DNA from: a virus
Taxonomy: Duplodnaviria; Caudoviricetes
IMG/VR virus record: IMGVR_UViG_3300028624_000003
Location: 156,983-220,982 of that record
Direction: 5' to 3' (one strand)
DNA: 64,000 nt
In this document: positions 28,901 to 37,149 of the stretch, one piece after another
Layout of the letters: every line of letters starts with the position of its first letter
How positions within the stretch are numbered: the stretch's first letter is position 1
Position numbers and translations under genes: made by a program
The notes under the pieces: model-generated
Seen by the model: only the letters and a program-made list of their open reading frames with translations
Databases searched by the model: none
Told to the model about the DNA's origin: nothing

Positions 28901-29391
28901 GACATCTCGAGTCGTCCGCTATCGGCAACCACAGACTCAGATCTTACGAACGCTTCAACATGATTGTCTACAACGAAGTCATGCGCGAACACGCTAACTT
29001 CTCCCGTCGGCAAGGTGCTGGAGCTACTTTCAGTATCAACCCGAATGCAGTACTGCAGAGACTCTTACAGGACCAAGCAATGATCGGTATTGAAAATATC
29101 AATCCGATCCAGGAAAGCAAGATCAATTGCAGTTTCACCTATACTGGTGCAGGCGGTCGTACGTCGCAAGCATTCGTGACAGAAGACCGCAGATATCCCA
29201 GTGACGGCATGGGTGTCATATCGGAAGCCACTCCTGACTCAGGTAGTGTCGCTATCAACGCAGTAGCTCCTCCAGATCCTACGATAGCGAACATCTACGG
29301 ATTGGTCGATCCTAAGCCAGTAGGAGAACTGGAGCCTGCTCAGATACTGAGTACTCCTGCACTCTTACTTCCTGGCGTGACACAGGACGAT
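25960..29391 (+). CDS. Virion RNA polymerase beta subunit (phiKZ gp178-like), exon 1
   Basis: RKQMTNLPICKVSPTRVSLASSFNK, RLRSYERF, TYTGAGGR, GVISEATPDSG; ends PGVTQDD. Confidence 0.9.
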
Positions 29392-29423
29392 CGAAGATAG
29401 ACTTGAACTAGAGTAAAAATAAC

Positions 29424-29440
29424 CCTCCATTGTATGGAGG
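29424..29440 (+). promoter_or_regulatory. RBS-sequestering hairpin with an embedded late promoter
   Basis: CCTCCAT-TGT-ATGGAGG masks SD GGAGG; ATTGTATG at 29429-29436. Confidence 0.7.
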
Positions 29441-29448
29441 ACAAACTC

Positions 29449-30453
29449 ATGTTCATAAACAAAGATTTCCCAGGATTTTTCAATATTCCAGGTTTCTCAC
29501 AATACGTCATTTCCCCTGACGGTAAGGTAATCAATACCACAACAGGAGAAATGTTAAAAGGTAGCACTAATCCCGCAGGGTATCATCACTATCGGTTAAA
29601 ATCAGACTCAGGAAAGATAAAAACTATCGGTCGCCATCGGTTGATGTGTATGACATTCGTACAAAGGGATGAATGGGATTCCCTTGTCGTAAATCATATC
29701 AACGGAGTGAAAGGTGACGATCGTCTGGTTAATCTGGAATGGGCTACATACACCGAAAATGCTGAGCATGCAGGAAGAATGGGACTGACCTCAAAGTGCT
29801 GTCCAGTTGATGTGAAAAGTTTGGATACGGGAGAAATCCTCAAATTCCCAAGTGCAAAAAAGTGTGCGGAGTATTTTGGTTTGAGTAAGGACGCAGTACT
29901 GTACAGGCTAAAGCAGCCATCCAGTCGTGTGTATCCTGAAAGAATGCAGTACCGCATAAGCGCAAACGAACCCTGGCCTGACCCGGAAAACATCGAAAGT
30001 GCTGTGCTCGAAAATGGTCGAGCTAGGTCAATTCTACTTAGAGATGTGTGGACAAAAGAAATCCGTTGGTTTCCAAAACTCAGCGGATTGGCGAGATACT
30101 TAAACGTCTCTCCCGCCACCATTACTAAGTGGATCAATTTACCTAACAATCCAGTACTTCCGGGCGGCATACAGCTGAAACTAGCAGCTGATTGTACTCC
30201 TTGGGTAGAGTACGACGATCCTTACTTGGAAATGTCCAAATTTTCAGGTACTCGATACGTCGAAGTATTCGATTCGTTCACAGGAACTAACCGAATATAC
30301 TCTTCACTCAAAGAGTGTGCACAGGATCGCAATCTCGCGATGTCTGTTGCACATTACAGGGTTAAGACCAATGGGAGATCTTTGTTTTCTGACGGATGTT
30401 ACTACGGGTATTACCCGCTAAAACATCCGGGTCTATCAGGTCCTACCAAATAG
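29449..30453 (+). CDS. Intron-encoded HNH homing endonuclease (NUMOD4-like + HNH + repeated NUMOD1-like HTH)
   Basis: IPGFSQYVISPDGKV...HRL; VVNHINGVKGDDRLVNLEWATYTEN; FPSAKKCAEYFG, FPKLSGLARYLN, YSSLKECA. Confidence 0.9.
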   Translation: MFINKDFPGFFNIPGFSQYVISPDGKVINTTTGEMLKGSTNPAGYHHYRLKSDSGKIKTIGRHRLMCMTFVQRDEWDSLVVNHINGVKGDDRLVNLEWATYTENAEHAGRMGLTSKCCPVDVKSLDTGEILKFPSAKKCAEYFGLSKDAVLYRLKQPSSRVYPERMQYRISANEPWPDPENIESAVLENGRARSILLRDVWTKEIRWFPKLSGLARYLNVSPATITKWINLPNNPVLPGGIQLKLAADCTPWVEYDDPYLEMSKFSGTRYVEVFDSFTGTNRIYSSLKECAQDRNLAMSVAHYRVKTNGRSLFSDGCYYGYYPLKHPGLSGPTK

Positions 30454-30753
30454 CAATATTTGGATAGAACTCCCCTTAATTGCTGGAACACCCTTAGAGC
30501 CATTCTACCACAACGTAAGGATGAAATATACCTAAGCGTGATGGTTTGAAAAACGAATGGATTGGGCAATCAGCAGCCAAGCTCCGAATAGGAGAAGGTT
30601 CAACGACTAAGGCCTTGTCAGCCTGTACGGATCAAGTGATCCGGAAAAAGGGGACACCCTACTAGGGTGAAGATATAGTCTCGTCTTTAGTGAAAGCTAA
30701 AGCTGCAGGTAATGCTGCGGGTACTATCTAACGAATAGTATCGAAGATTAACG

Positions 30754-31905
30754 CCGAAGAGAGCTAACTTTGTATCCATTCAGCTGGCTCACCAGCTTCC
30801 GACGAAAGAAGGCGAGTGTATGCGTACTCGTACAGGATACGAGAGAGTCGTAGCTCAAAGAGCGTCTACTTATTACGCATACTCTGCATCACAAGACGGT
30901 AAGGTCATTGAAGTAGACGAAGCTCTCGGGCTTTGTAAAGTGAAGTACAAAGACGGTACAGTTCAGGTCATCGAATTCGGTGAGAAGTACGGAGAGTGTG
31001 CGGACATGGTCACCACACTCAAGTTGCAGCTTACAGTAAAAGTAGGTGATTCATTCAAGAAAGGTGACGTGCTCTCGTATAATCCCGAGTACTTCGAGTT
31101 TGACCCTATCGCAAGACAGGCAGATTGGAAACACGGAGTAATCGCTACTGTGGCGTTGATGGACTGCGGTCCTACTTTCGAAGACAGTAACTCCATCACG
31201 AAGGAACTTGGTGAAAAGCTGGAAATCCAGCCAATCGAGATCCGACAAATCGCCATAACAGCGGACACTGTAATCCATGCGCACAAGAGCGTGGGCGATG
31301 AGGTCGATGTCACCGACTACCTCATGATCTTCGAAGACTCCGAAGCGGCCGACTTGACCGGTATGTCACAAGACGCGGATGCTTTGGAGTATCTCGCTAA
31401 ACTGAACAGAAAAACACCCAAAGCAAAGTGCACTGGAACAATAGCGAAGATCGAAGCATTTTACGCTGCGCCAATAAGCGAAATGCATTCGAGTGTAGCT
31501 AAGTTCGTACGAGATGTCACCAAGAAAAACATGCAGAAACACAAGTACTCGCAGGGTACTATTTCGGGTATGGATTTCCCTGAATCTAAGCCACTTCCAG
31601 TGGGAACAAAATTCAAGGGAGTGACATTCGAGAAAGACACGGTACTTTTCCGCTTCTTCATCCAAGAAAGAATTGGTTGCGGAGTGGGCGACAAGATCGT
31701 GTTTGACTCGTCTCTGAAATCTGTCACTGGTAAGATTCACGAAGATATCAATACTGAGAGCGGTCTCAAGATAGATGCCGTATTCAGCGGCTCATCGATA
31801 TCTAACCGAATCGTGAACTCGCCCATCATCATGGGCATGGCAGAACGGATTCTGGAGACTCTGGAACAGCAGGCAATTGACATCTACTTCGACAAGTCCA
31901 AATAA
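30754..31905 (+). CDS. Virion RNA polymerase beta subunit, exon 2 (spliced product about 1527 aa)
   Basis: PKRANFVSIQ...RTGYE, TFEDS, GVGDKIVF..LKSV, IDAVF...SI.NRIV. Confidence 0.9.
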   Translation, partial: PKRANFVSIQLAHQLPTKEGECMRTRTGYERVVAQRASTYYAYSASQDGKVIEVDEALGLCKVKYKDGTVQVIEFGEKYGECADMVTTLKLQLTVKVGDSFKKGDVLSYNPEYFEFDPIARQADWKHGVIATVALMDCGPTFEDSNSITKELGEKLEIQPIEIRQIAITADTVIHAHKSVGDEVDVTDYLMIFEDSEAADLTGMSQDADALEYLAKLNRKTPKAKCTGTIAKIEAFYAAPISEMHSSVAKFVRDVTKKNMQKHKYSQGTISGMDFPESKPLPVGTKFKGVTFEKDTVLFRFFIQERIGCGVGDKIVFDSSLKSVTGKIHEDINTESGLKIDAVFSGSSISNRIVNSPIIMGMAERILETLEQQAIDIYFDKSK

Positions 31906-31906
31906 A

Positions 31907-31937
31907 GAGATCGGGGAGCGCAAAGCTCCCCGATCTC
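31907..31937 (+). terminator. 13-bp stem-loop
   Basis: GAGATCGGGGAGC-GCAAA-GCTCCCCGATCTC. Confidence 0.65.
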
Positions 31938-31961
31938 CACGGCATTCGAACGAATCATGAG

Positions 31962-31979
31962 TATACATTACAACAATGA
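31962..31979 (+). promoter_or_regulatory. Early promoter TATACATTAC-N6-GA
   Basis: Motif copy. Confidence 0.8.
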
Positions 31980-32011
31980 ACCCCACCTTCTAACCACTAG
32001 AGGTACTCATT

Positions 32012-32359
32012 ATGTTTGTTGCCACAGAACAAGAAATGCAGTCACTCTCCATTCGCGTGGCTGGGGTCAACGACCCCGAAGCAAAGATGAAGTTTTATCA
32101 CGAGATTATAACCGGGGATCCGCACAACTTTAACTCTCTGCGAATCCCCTTCAGATCGGTGGTAAAAGGATCTGTGCGCGTATGTACCAGACGAACCTAT
32201 CCAGTATATGCGCTAGTTCCGAAGGAGTTGTACGACAAAATACTGTCGATACCTCTGGAATACCGTGCACAGTCACAACCACTCAGGAAGATGGTTTTCG
32301 ATCTCTACGATCAGGTCTGCGACTACATGGTCGCACAAAAAGCAAAACACGAAAATTGA
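32012..32359 (+). CDS. Hypothetical early protein
   Basis: SD AGAGG. Confidence 0.7.
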   Translation: MFVATEQEMQSLSIRVAGVNDPEAKMKFYHEIITGDPHNFNSLRIPFRSVVKGSVRVCTRRTYPVYALVPKELYDKILSIPLEYRAQSQPLRKMVFDLYDQVCDYMVAQKAKHEN

Positions 32360-32370
32360 GGTGACCTATC

Positions 32371-33042
32371 ATGAGAAAAGCAGAAGTAGCTGCACTTGAG
32401 TCTTTATCCTCAATACTTACAATGGACGATCTTGCAAATCCTCGTACAAAGGAGATGTTCTACTGGGTCATCGTAAGCGGACAGCTCCACGAGTTCTGCA
32501 AGCTAGAGATTCAGAAAAGAACCCCCATACCTGGTGGTGGTGCCGTGGTGTGGGATGATGCAACATCACCGTACGTTACAATTCCCAGCTACCTTTATCA
32601 GCAAATGGAAAAGGAAGTGGATCGCGTTAACTGCAAAATCATAAAGTACCAAATCGACGATCTTTACGATCAACTGGTGAAATGCATGACCGCGAAGGAT
32701 CAATTGCGCAGGCTGATGGAAGCACTCGAGCCGCCCAAAAAATCCACAAACCGCAAAGCTGCAGTCAAACGAAAAGTCACTCCAGTTCAGATCAAGCTCG
32801 TAACTTGTCCGGTGTGCAAAAATGAAGAATTTCATGTCGTGACAAACGATATGGATGATCGGTGCAATGTGTGCAAGCTGATGCGTACCACGCTCGCAAT
32901 CGATGAGCGACCTGAGGACACAAAAAAGAACTGCATTGTGTACGATCGGAACACGAACTCGTACGTGCAGCTTAGCAAGAGATCCGGGGTGGTACAAACC
33001 ATTCCTCGTGAAGACGTGGATAACATGTGCAACATGTGGTGA
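32371..33042 (+). CDS. Hypothetical early protein with a Zn ribbon
   Basis: CPVC...CNVC; SD GAGGTG. Confidence 0.7.
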   Translation: MRKAEVAALESLSSILTMDDLANPRTKEMFYWVIVSGQLHEFCKLEIQKRTPIPGGGAVVWDDATSPYVTIPSYLYQQMEKEVDRVNCKIIKYQIDDLYDQLVKCMTAKDQLRRLMEALEPPKKSTNRKAAVKRKVTPVQIKLVTCPVCKNEEFHVVTNDMDDRCNVCKLMRTTLAIDERPEDTKKNCIVYDRNTNSYVQLSKRSGVVQTIPREDVDNMCNMW

Positions 33043-33043
33043 G

Positions 33044-33084
33044 ATCAGGAGGGGTCCCTAAAGGCCCCTCCTGATTTATTTTTT
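33044..33084. terminator. Terminator between convergent genes
   Basis: ATCAGGAGGGGTC...GGCCCCTCCTGAT-TTATTTTTT. Confidence 0.75.
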
Positions 33085-33858
33085 CTATACATTCTTCCGC
33101 AGTCGGACGCAGAGATCGGTGATAAATACCCACATCGCGATACAGAAGTTCTGTGCGTCCCACCCGATATTCGACGCACATATGAATCTTTCCAGATTCA
33201 ATCTGGCGAGCTTAACTTCGTCTTCGGTAGGAGTCTTACCTTTGGGGTACAAAGGAATGGTCTTGTGCAGCTGAGAATACGTCGGCTTGTATGTCTTAGC
33301 AAGAATTCGTTCAGACTTGTCGCAGGCGTTCACGAGTGTCATAACGTCCTGCTTTCTCGATATGTTCAGCTTCGGCGCAAGCGCTGCTTTGTCAACTTTG
33401 AACTTTTCTTGTAGAGTACTGAAGTCAGCATCGCAGTAGTACCGATTACTTGCATCCGGCCATACATTACACCCTACCGATTTGTACATTGCCTGAAGTT
33501 TCAGTACGTCAGTCGTGGTAAGACCCTTACTGATCGGATCGGAGTAAAGCTCGAGATAGTTTCGAACTTGAATTACTTTCTCATGTAGGTTGATCCAGTA
33601 GAGAAGAATGTTACCGAATACATCAAGAAGTTTGACTATCTCTTCCTTCTTGACATTGTGAAGCGCAACCTTCTTTAGCCCTTCCATAATTTCTGCTTCA
33701 GTGCAGTGCTCATTGAAAAAGTCCATGGACTTCATGATGGTTCGGTGCATGCTACCTTTTTCGTCCAGCCACAATTTGAAGCGATCGAACGACTTGAAAC
33801 CTTCGATAGCCACTTCACGATCGTTGTAATGTTCGAAACTTTTGATTATCGGCTCCAT
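33085..33858 (-). CDS. Inner-head protein paralog (protease-matured)
   Basis: Short propeptide ending AIE|GF; late promoter at 33958-33965 (-). Confidence 0.55.
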   Translation of the reverse strand: MEPIIKSFEHYNDREVAIEGFKSFDRFKLWLDEKGSMHRTIMKSMDFFNEHCTEAEIMEGLKKVALHNVKKEEIVKLLDVFGNILLYWINLHEKVIQVRNYLELYSDPISKGLTTTDVLKLQAMYKSVGCNVWPDASNRYYCDADFSTLQEKFKVDKAALAPKLNISRKQDVMTLVNACDKSERILAKTYKPTYSQLHKTIPLYPKGKTPTEDEVKLARLNLERFICASNIGWDAQNFCIAMWVFITDLCVRLRKNV

Positions 33859-33957
33859 GGTTGACCCTCACACGGCGTTATTCGGTTTATTATTTTTAGA
33901 GTAAGGTAAACTTTTCTGAGAACGTACCTTGTACAATCGATGGGTAAAGTAGTATTG

Positions 33958-33965
33958 CATACAAT
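33958..33965 (-). promoter_or_regulatory. Late promoter ATTGTATG
   Basis: Upstream of the gene starting at 33858. Confidence 0.5.
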
Positions 33966-33985
33966 TAACTGACAGCATCATTTGT

Positions 33986-34017
33986 GATAGAGGGGGATCC
34001 GAAGACCCCTCTCTATC
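33986..34017. terminator. Stem-loop
   Basis: GATAGAGGGGGATC-CGAA-GACCCCTCTCTATC. Confidence 0.55.
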
Positions 34018-34042
34018 TGAGTACGTCCTGCAACACGAACTA

Positions 34043-35908
34043 TTAGTTTTTCTTTGCGTTGAGTGCTTTGACAATGCGGTAGATCGTAAAAGTATCCTTC
34101 AAGACCTCGGAGAGCAGCAGCTCTCCGCGTATCTTGGAGAGAACACCGTAACGCTTGCGTCGTACCGCACTGGCAGAGATGCGGTCCACACTGTCTTTGG
34201 AATTCGCACGAAGAATGGCATCTTCTATCGTACGGTGAGTGATCTCACTCTGCCCATTGGCAACCGGGAACGGACTCTGCATGGTCTGCTGCACCGCATC
34301 GAGAGACTTTGCAAATCGTAGGATGTCAGCTGCAGTATAGCCTGCATCACCGACTGTCCCAGTGAACCGAGCGTAGTCGGTATCGAATAGCTTCTTTCCA
34401 TGTACCTTATTGGTAAACATGGCGTCAGCATCGTCGATTTCGAATCCCATAGAATCTGCCAGCTTCAGATACGTCTCTATGGTAGAACCAAAAGACTCAG
34501 TAGAAACTACAGGTTCCATAAGTGCCGCGATCGAAGTGGTGTAGTCCTGACGAACGCCGTTGTAGAACACGACACGGTTATTCATCGTGTCACGCTTCGG
34601 TACGTTTCGGACTACCACTGCATCTAGCTGCTGCTTGGAGATGTGCCCCATCTTCGCCACTTCTCGTCCGAGAAGAATACTGACATTTTCGAGACACGCA
34701 AGCAAATGCTTGTTCTTTTCGATGTCAGCCTGTCTCGCATTCAGCATAGTGCGAGTCGTATTCTTATTGTATCTTGCTTCATCTGCACGGAGGGTTTCGA
34801 GTGCTACTGTACGAACCCCTTCACTCGGGTAGTGCATGGATTCACGTGCTGCGAGAGACGCCTTGAGTTCTTCTCCGGTACATTCCCAATCATGATAGCA
34901 CTTTTCTTCTTCTGGTTCTGCTGTGACGATATCGTCTGCAGTCACTACTTCTTCCGCCTCTACCAGAGAAGAATCGGAGAGAAGCTGGTTTGGTTCTACG
35001 GCCATGAAATTGAGTGTCTCATAACCCGTATCTGCTGCAGCTGATACAAATGAGAGTAGGCGGTTACAGACGCGCAGGTCCTTTACGCACTGTCTCCAGT
35101 TCTGATGCAGTGAAATGGCCTTGATGATGCCGAGACGCATTGACCGGATTTCGATCCCGTCAAACCGGTTTATTTCGTCGTCAGAACGACCAGCGATAAG
35201 ATCCCACAGGAACCTCATCCTGTAAAACTCTGCTCGGTATGCGAGCCACAGTGCACGCAGATACCCGGGCTTTTTATTCCCTGTGAACATTGCTGCAATT
35301 TCAAGTACCCGGTCAGGAGTATACCCGAGTTCTTTCATGGTACCAGCCCGAGGGCGACCTGCGTCTGTCAGTTCAAACAAATTGAGATGGATCAGGCTGG
35401 TGTTGATGAAACCTGCGCCAGTGTATCGGAATCCCGCATCTTCGATTCGACGTATTACACCAGTAAGAATGGTACCCACTGGGTTGTTTCGATCAGCTGG
35501 TTCTCGCATGATTTCCGTGACGCTAGAAAACGTCTTGTTTATCATAGCGTACATACCATGACGCTTACGGAACGTCTCGTATGGTACGATCGCAGATCCA
35601 ATCATTTCCGCAAACCGATCTTTGTCCACTCGTACACCGCTTACGGCTTGCAGCCTAGCAAGTGTCTTACTTTCTGCTTTTTGTACCGCGCTCACCGCCG
35701 CAGTGAGTGCCGGTTCTGTTTTCAGAAATTGTTGGATTTTTCGTTCAACAAAATTCCGCTCTTTGTCAGACAAAGAATCACCGAGACCTTCTTGTCCGAT
35801 CTGACGAATTTCTGCAAGAAGCTTAGCATCTTCTTCTGCAGTCATCTCCATCATTTTCGTTATGCGGTCAAGCTCGAGGTCGAGCTTGTATTCATACATG
35901 TTACGCAT
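34043..35908 (-). CDS. Two-domain inner-head protein
   Basis: GQE|G, GYE, ARE and ALE sites; two copies of the GTxxxxGYT motif. Confidence 0.6.
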   Translation of the reverse strand: MRNMYEYKLDLELDRITKMMEMTAEEDAKLLAEIRQIGQEGLGDSLSDKERNFVERKIQQFLKTEPALTAAVSAVQKAESKTLARLQAVSGVRVDKDRFAEMIGSAIVPYETFRKRHGMYAMINKTFSSVTEIMREPADRNNPVGTILTGVIRRIEDAGFRYTGAGFINTSLIHLNLFELTDAGRPRAGTMKELGYTPDRVLEIAAMFTGNKKPGYLRALWLAYRAEFYRMRFLWDLIAGRSDDEINRFDGIEIRSMRLGIIKAISLHQNWRQCVKDLRVCNRLLSFVSAAADTGYETLNFMAVEPNQLLSDSSLVEAEEVVTADDIVTAEPEEEKCYHDWECTGEELKASLAARESMHYPSEGVRTVALETLRADEARYNKNTTRTMLNARQADIEKNKHLLACLENVSILLGREVAKMGHISKQQLDAVVVRNVPKRDTMNNRVVFYNGVRQDYTTSIAALMEPVVSTESFGSTIETYLKLADSMGFEIDDADAMFTNKVHGKKLFDTDYARFTGTVGDAGYTAADILRFAKSLDAVQQTMQSPFPVANGQSEITHRTIEDAILRANSKDSVDRISASAVRRKRYGVLSKIRGELLLSEVLKDTFTIYRIVKALNAKKN

Positions 35909-35933
35909 GGTGGAATCCTCTCCAAATCTGGAA

Positions 35934-36827
35934 TTAATCAGTGATACACTGTTCAGCTATCTTACACATCTTCAACACATCTATCACGATATCTCCTACG
36001 AGCACGTGAGATGCTTTGATGAAGTGTGTCAGCCACCACAGCCGAGCGATCTTGACCTGAACGACATGAAGAAGTTCTTCCTTCTCCATCGAGTCCATAT
36101 CTTCCTGATGGTTCAGGGATTGCTCATACTTAACCAGTTTGTCGGAGTACTCCACAAATCGCTTGGTGAGATTCTTTACGTGGTTACTCTGAGCATATGC
36201 AGTAAGAGGTTGAATAGCTTGTATTACCTCTCCAAGGTGCTCCACACTGTACCCATGATTTCCCAGAGTGGATTTGAATCTAGCTTCGTCATATACAGAT
36301 GCAGCTTTCTTTACCAGATCGTACCGGTTTGCATCGAACCCGATTGACATCATAGCGTCATACGCCTTCATGAACTCAGGCGTACGCCAATCGTCAGATC
36401 CGGGTTTTACAGGAGCTTCACAGACCATCTCAACGTTGTCGAGAATATGGTAAAGCTTCTTCGCAGCCTCGATACGCTTATCTAGTACTTCTTTCGGTAC
36501 TACAGATGCTTTTCGTTCAGTAAACTTGATAGAATCGATGCGATGAAGATTCTGACGAATCCGTTTATCCCACCGATACATGATAGAACCGTAGCGACTG
36601 ATGATCAACTCGGCAGTATTTCGCAACATGTGCGACAACCTGACGACAAGCATGCCCATCTTTTTGGAGATGTATGACAATCCGGAGATCGTCGCATGTA
36701 ATGCGTCATCTCCAAAACCTTCCGTCCCCGCAGAAGTTAATTGGAGATCGCGCTTCAGCTCTTCGTATAGACTAGCGAGTTCTTCACTTTGGTCTACACG
36801 AATATGAGATAACTTGAAGCCAATCAT
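35934..36827 (-). CDS. Inner-head protein paralog
   Basis: Probable start ATG 36827 (SD AAGGAG); GTE|GF; STLGNHGYS. Confidence 0.65.
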   Translation of the reverse strand: MIGFKLSHIRVDQSEELASLYEELKRDLQLTSAGTEGFGDDALHATISGLSYISKKMGMLVVRLSHMLRNTAELIISRYGSIMYRWDKRIRQNLHRIDSIKFTERKASVVPKEVLDKRIEAAKKLYHILDNVEMVCEAPVKPGSDDWRTPEFMKAYDAMMSIGFDANRYDLVKKAASVYDEARFKSTLGNHGYSVEHLGEVIQAIQPLTAYAQSNHVKNLTKRFVEYSDKLVKYEQSLNHQEDMDSMEKEELLHVVQVKIARLWWLTHFIKASHVLVGDIVIDVLKMCKIAEQCITD

Positions 36828-36858
36828 GTAACACTCCTTTACCTTAAATATAGCGACA

Positions 36859-36866
36859 CATAGGAT
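36859..36866 (-). promoter_or_regulatory. Late promoter ATCCTATG
   Basis: About 30 nt upstream of the ATG at 36827. Confidence 0.55.
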
Positions 36867-36971
36867 TGTACCCACTGGACTATTTACAGTATAACTACAC
36901 AATGTAAAATATAGAGTACATCGTGATGGTATAGAGAACGGTTTGCTTAACTCCTTAAAGAGGTATAACTC

Positions 36972-37145
36972 ATGTCCAATACGAATCCCGTACAGGTGGC
37001 TGGCGGCATTGTTGCGAATTCTCTTCTTTTCATTGTGATGCGTGAAGCTATCACGGCTTGCGCGATCAATCGGAAGATTGAAGATCCTGTCATGGATAAC
37101 CTGATCAGCAGCGACATCAATCGCAATCTTTCTACCGTGGAGTAA
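36972..37145 (+). CDS. 57-aa protein (not in the ORF track)
   Basis: SD AGAGGT; MSNTNPVQVAGGIVANSLLFIVMREAI...STVE; ends 4 nt before the next gene. Confidence 0.6.
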   Translation: MSNTNPVQVAGGIVANSLLFIVMREAITACAINRKIEDPVMDNLISSDINRNLSTVE

Positions 37146-37149
37146 CTCA

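Larger units (their letters stand above)
29392..30753 (+). mobile_element. Group I intron (subgroup IA2), 1362 nt, with a homing endonuclease
   Basis: Exon ends in U, intron ends in G, and splicing restores QDD|PKRANFVSIQ in frame. Core: P AATTGCTGGAA 30478, Q AATCAGCAGCC 30568, R GTTCAACGACTA 30598, S AAGATATAGTC 30670; P3 TCCCCTT/AAGGGGA; P7 GACTA/TAGTC; P7.1 and P7.2 hairpins. Confidence 0.93.

Noticed and set aside
29390-30748. ATCGAAGAT repeated near both intron ends, as a possible target-site duplication
   Set aside because: Excision at these repeats leaves an in-frame stop (GAT CGA AGA TTA ACG shifts frame relative to nothing useful and adds non-conserved residues) rather than the clean DD|PKR junction; no transposase present
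25960-31905. RNAP beta as two separate genes or a pseudogene
   Set aside because: A complete group I core and an in-frame splice junction explain the split
33859-33957. Structured RNA or riboswitch in the ~100-nt leader
   Set aside because: No convincing stems or known motif found by inspection
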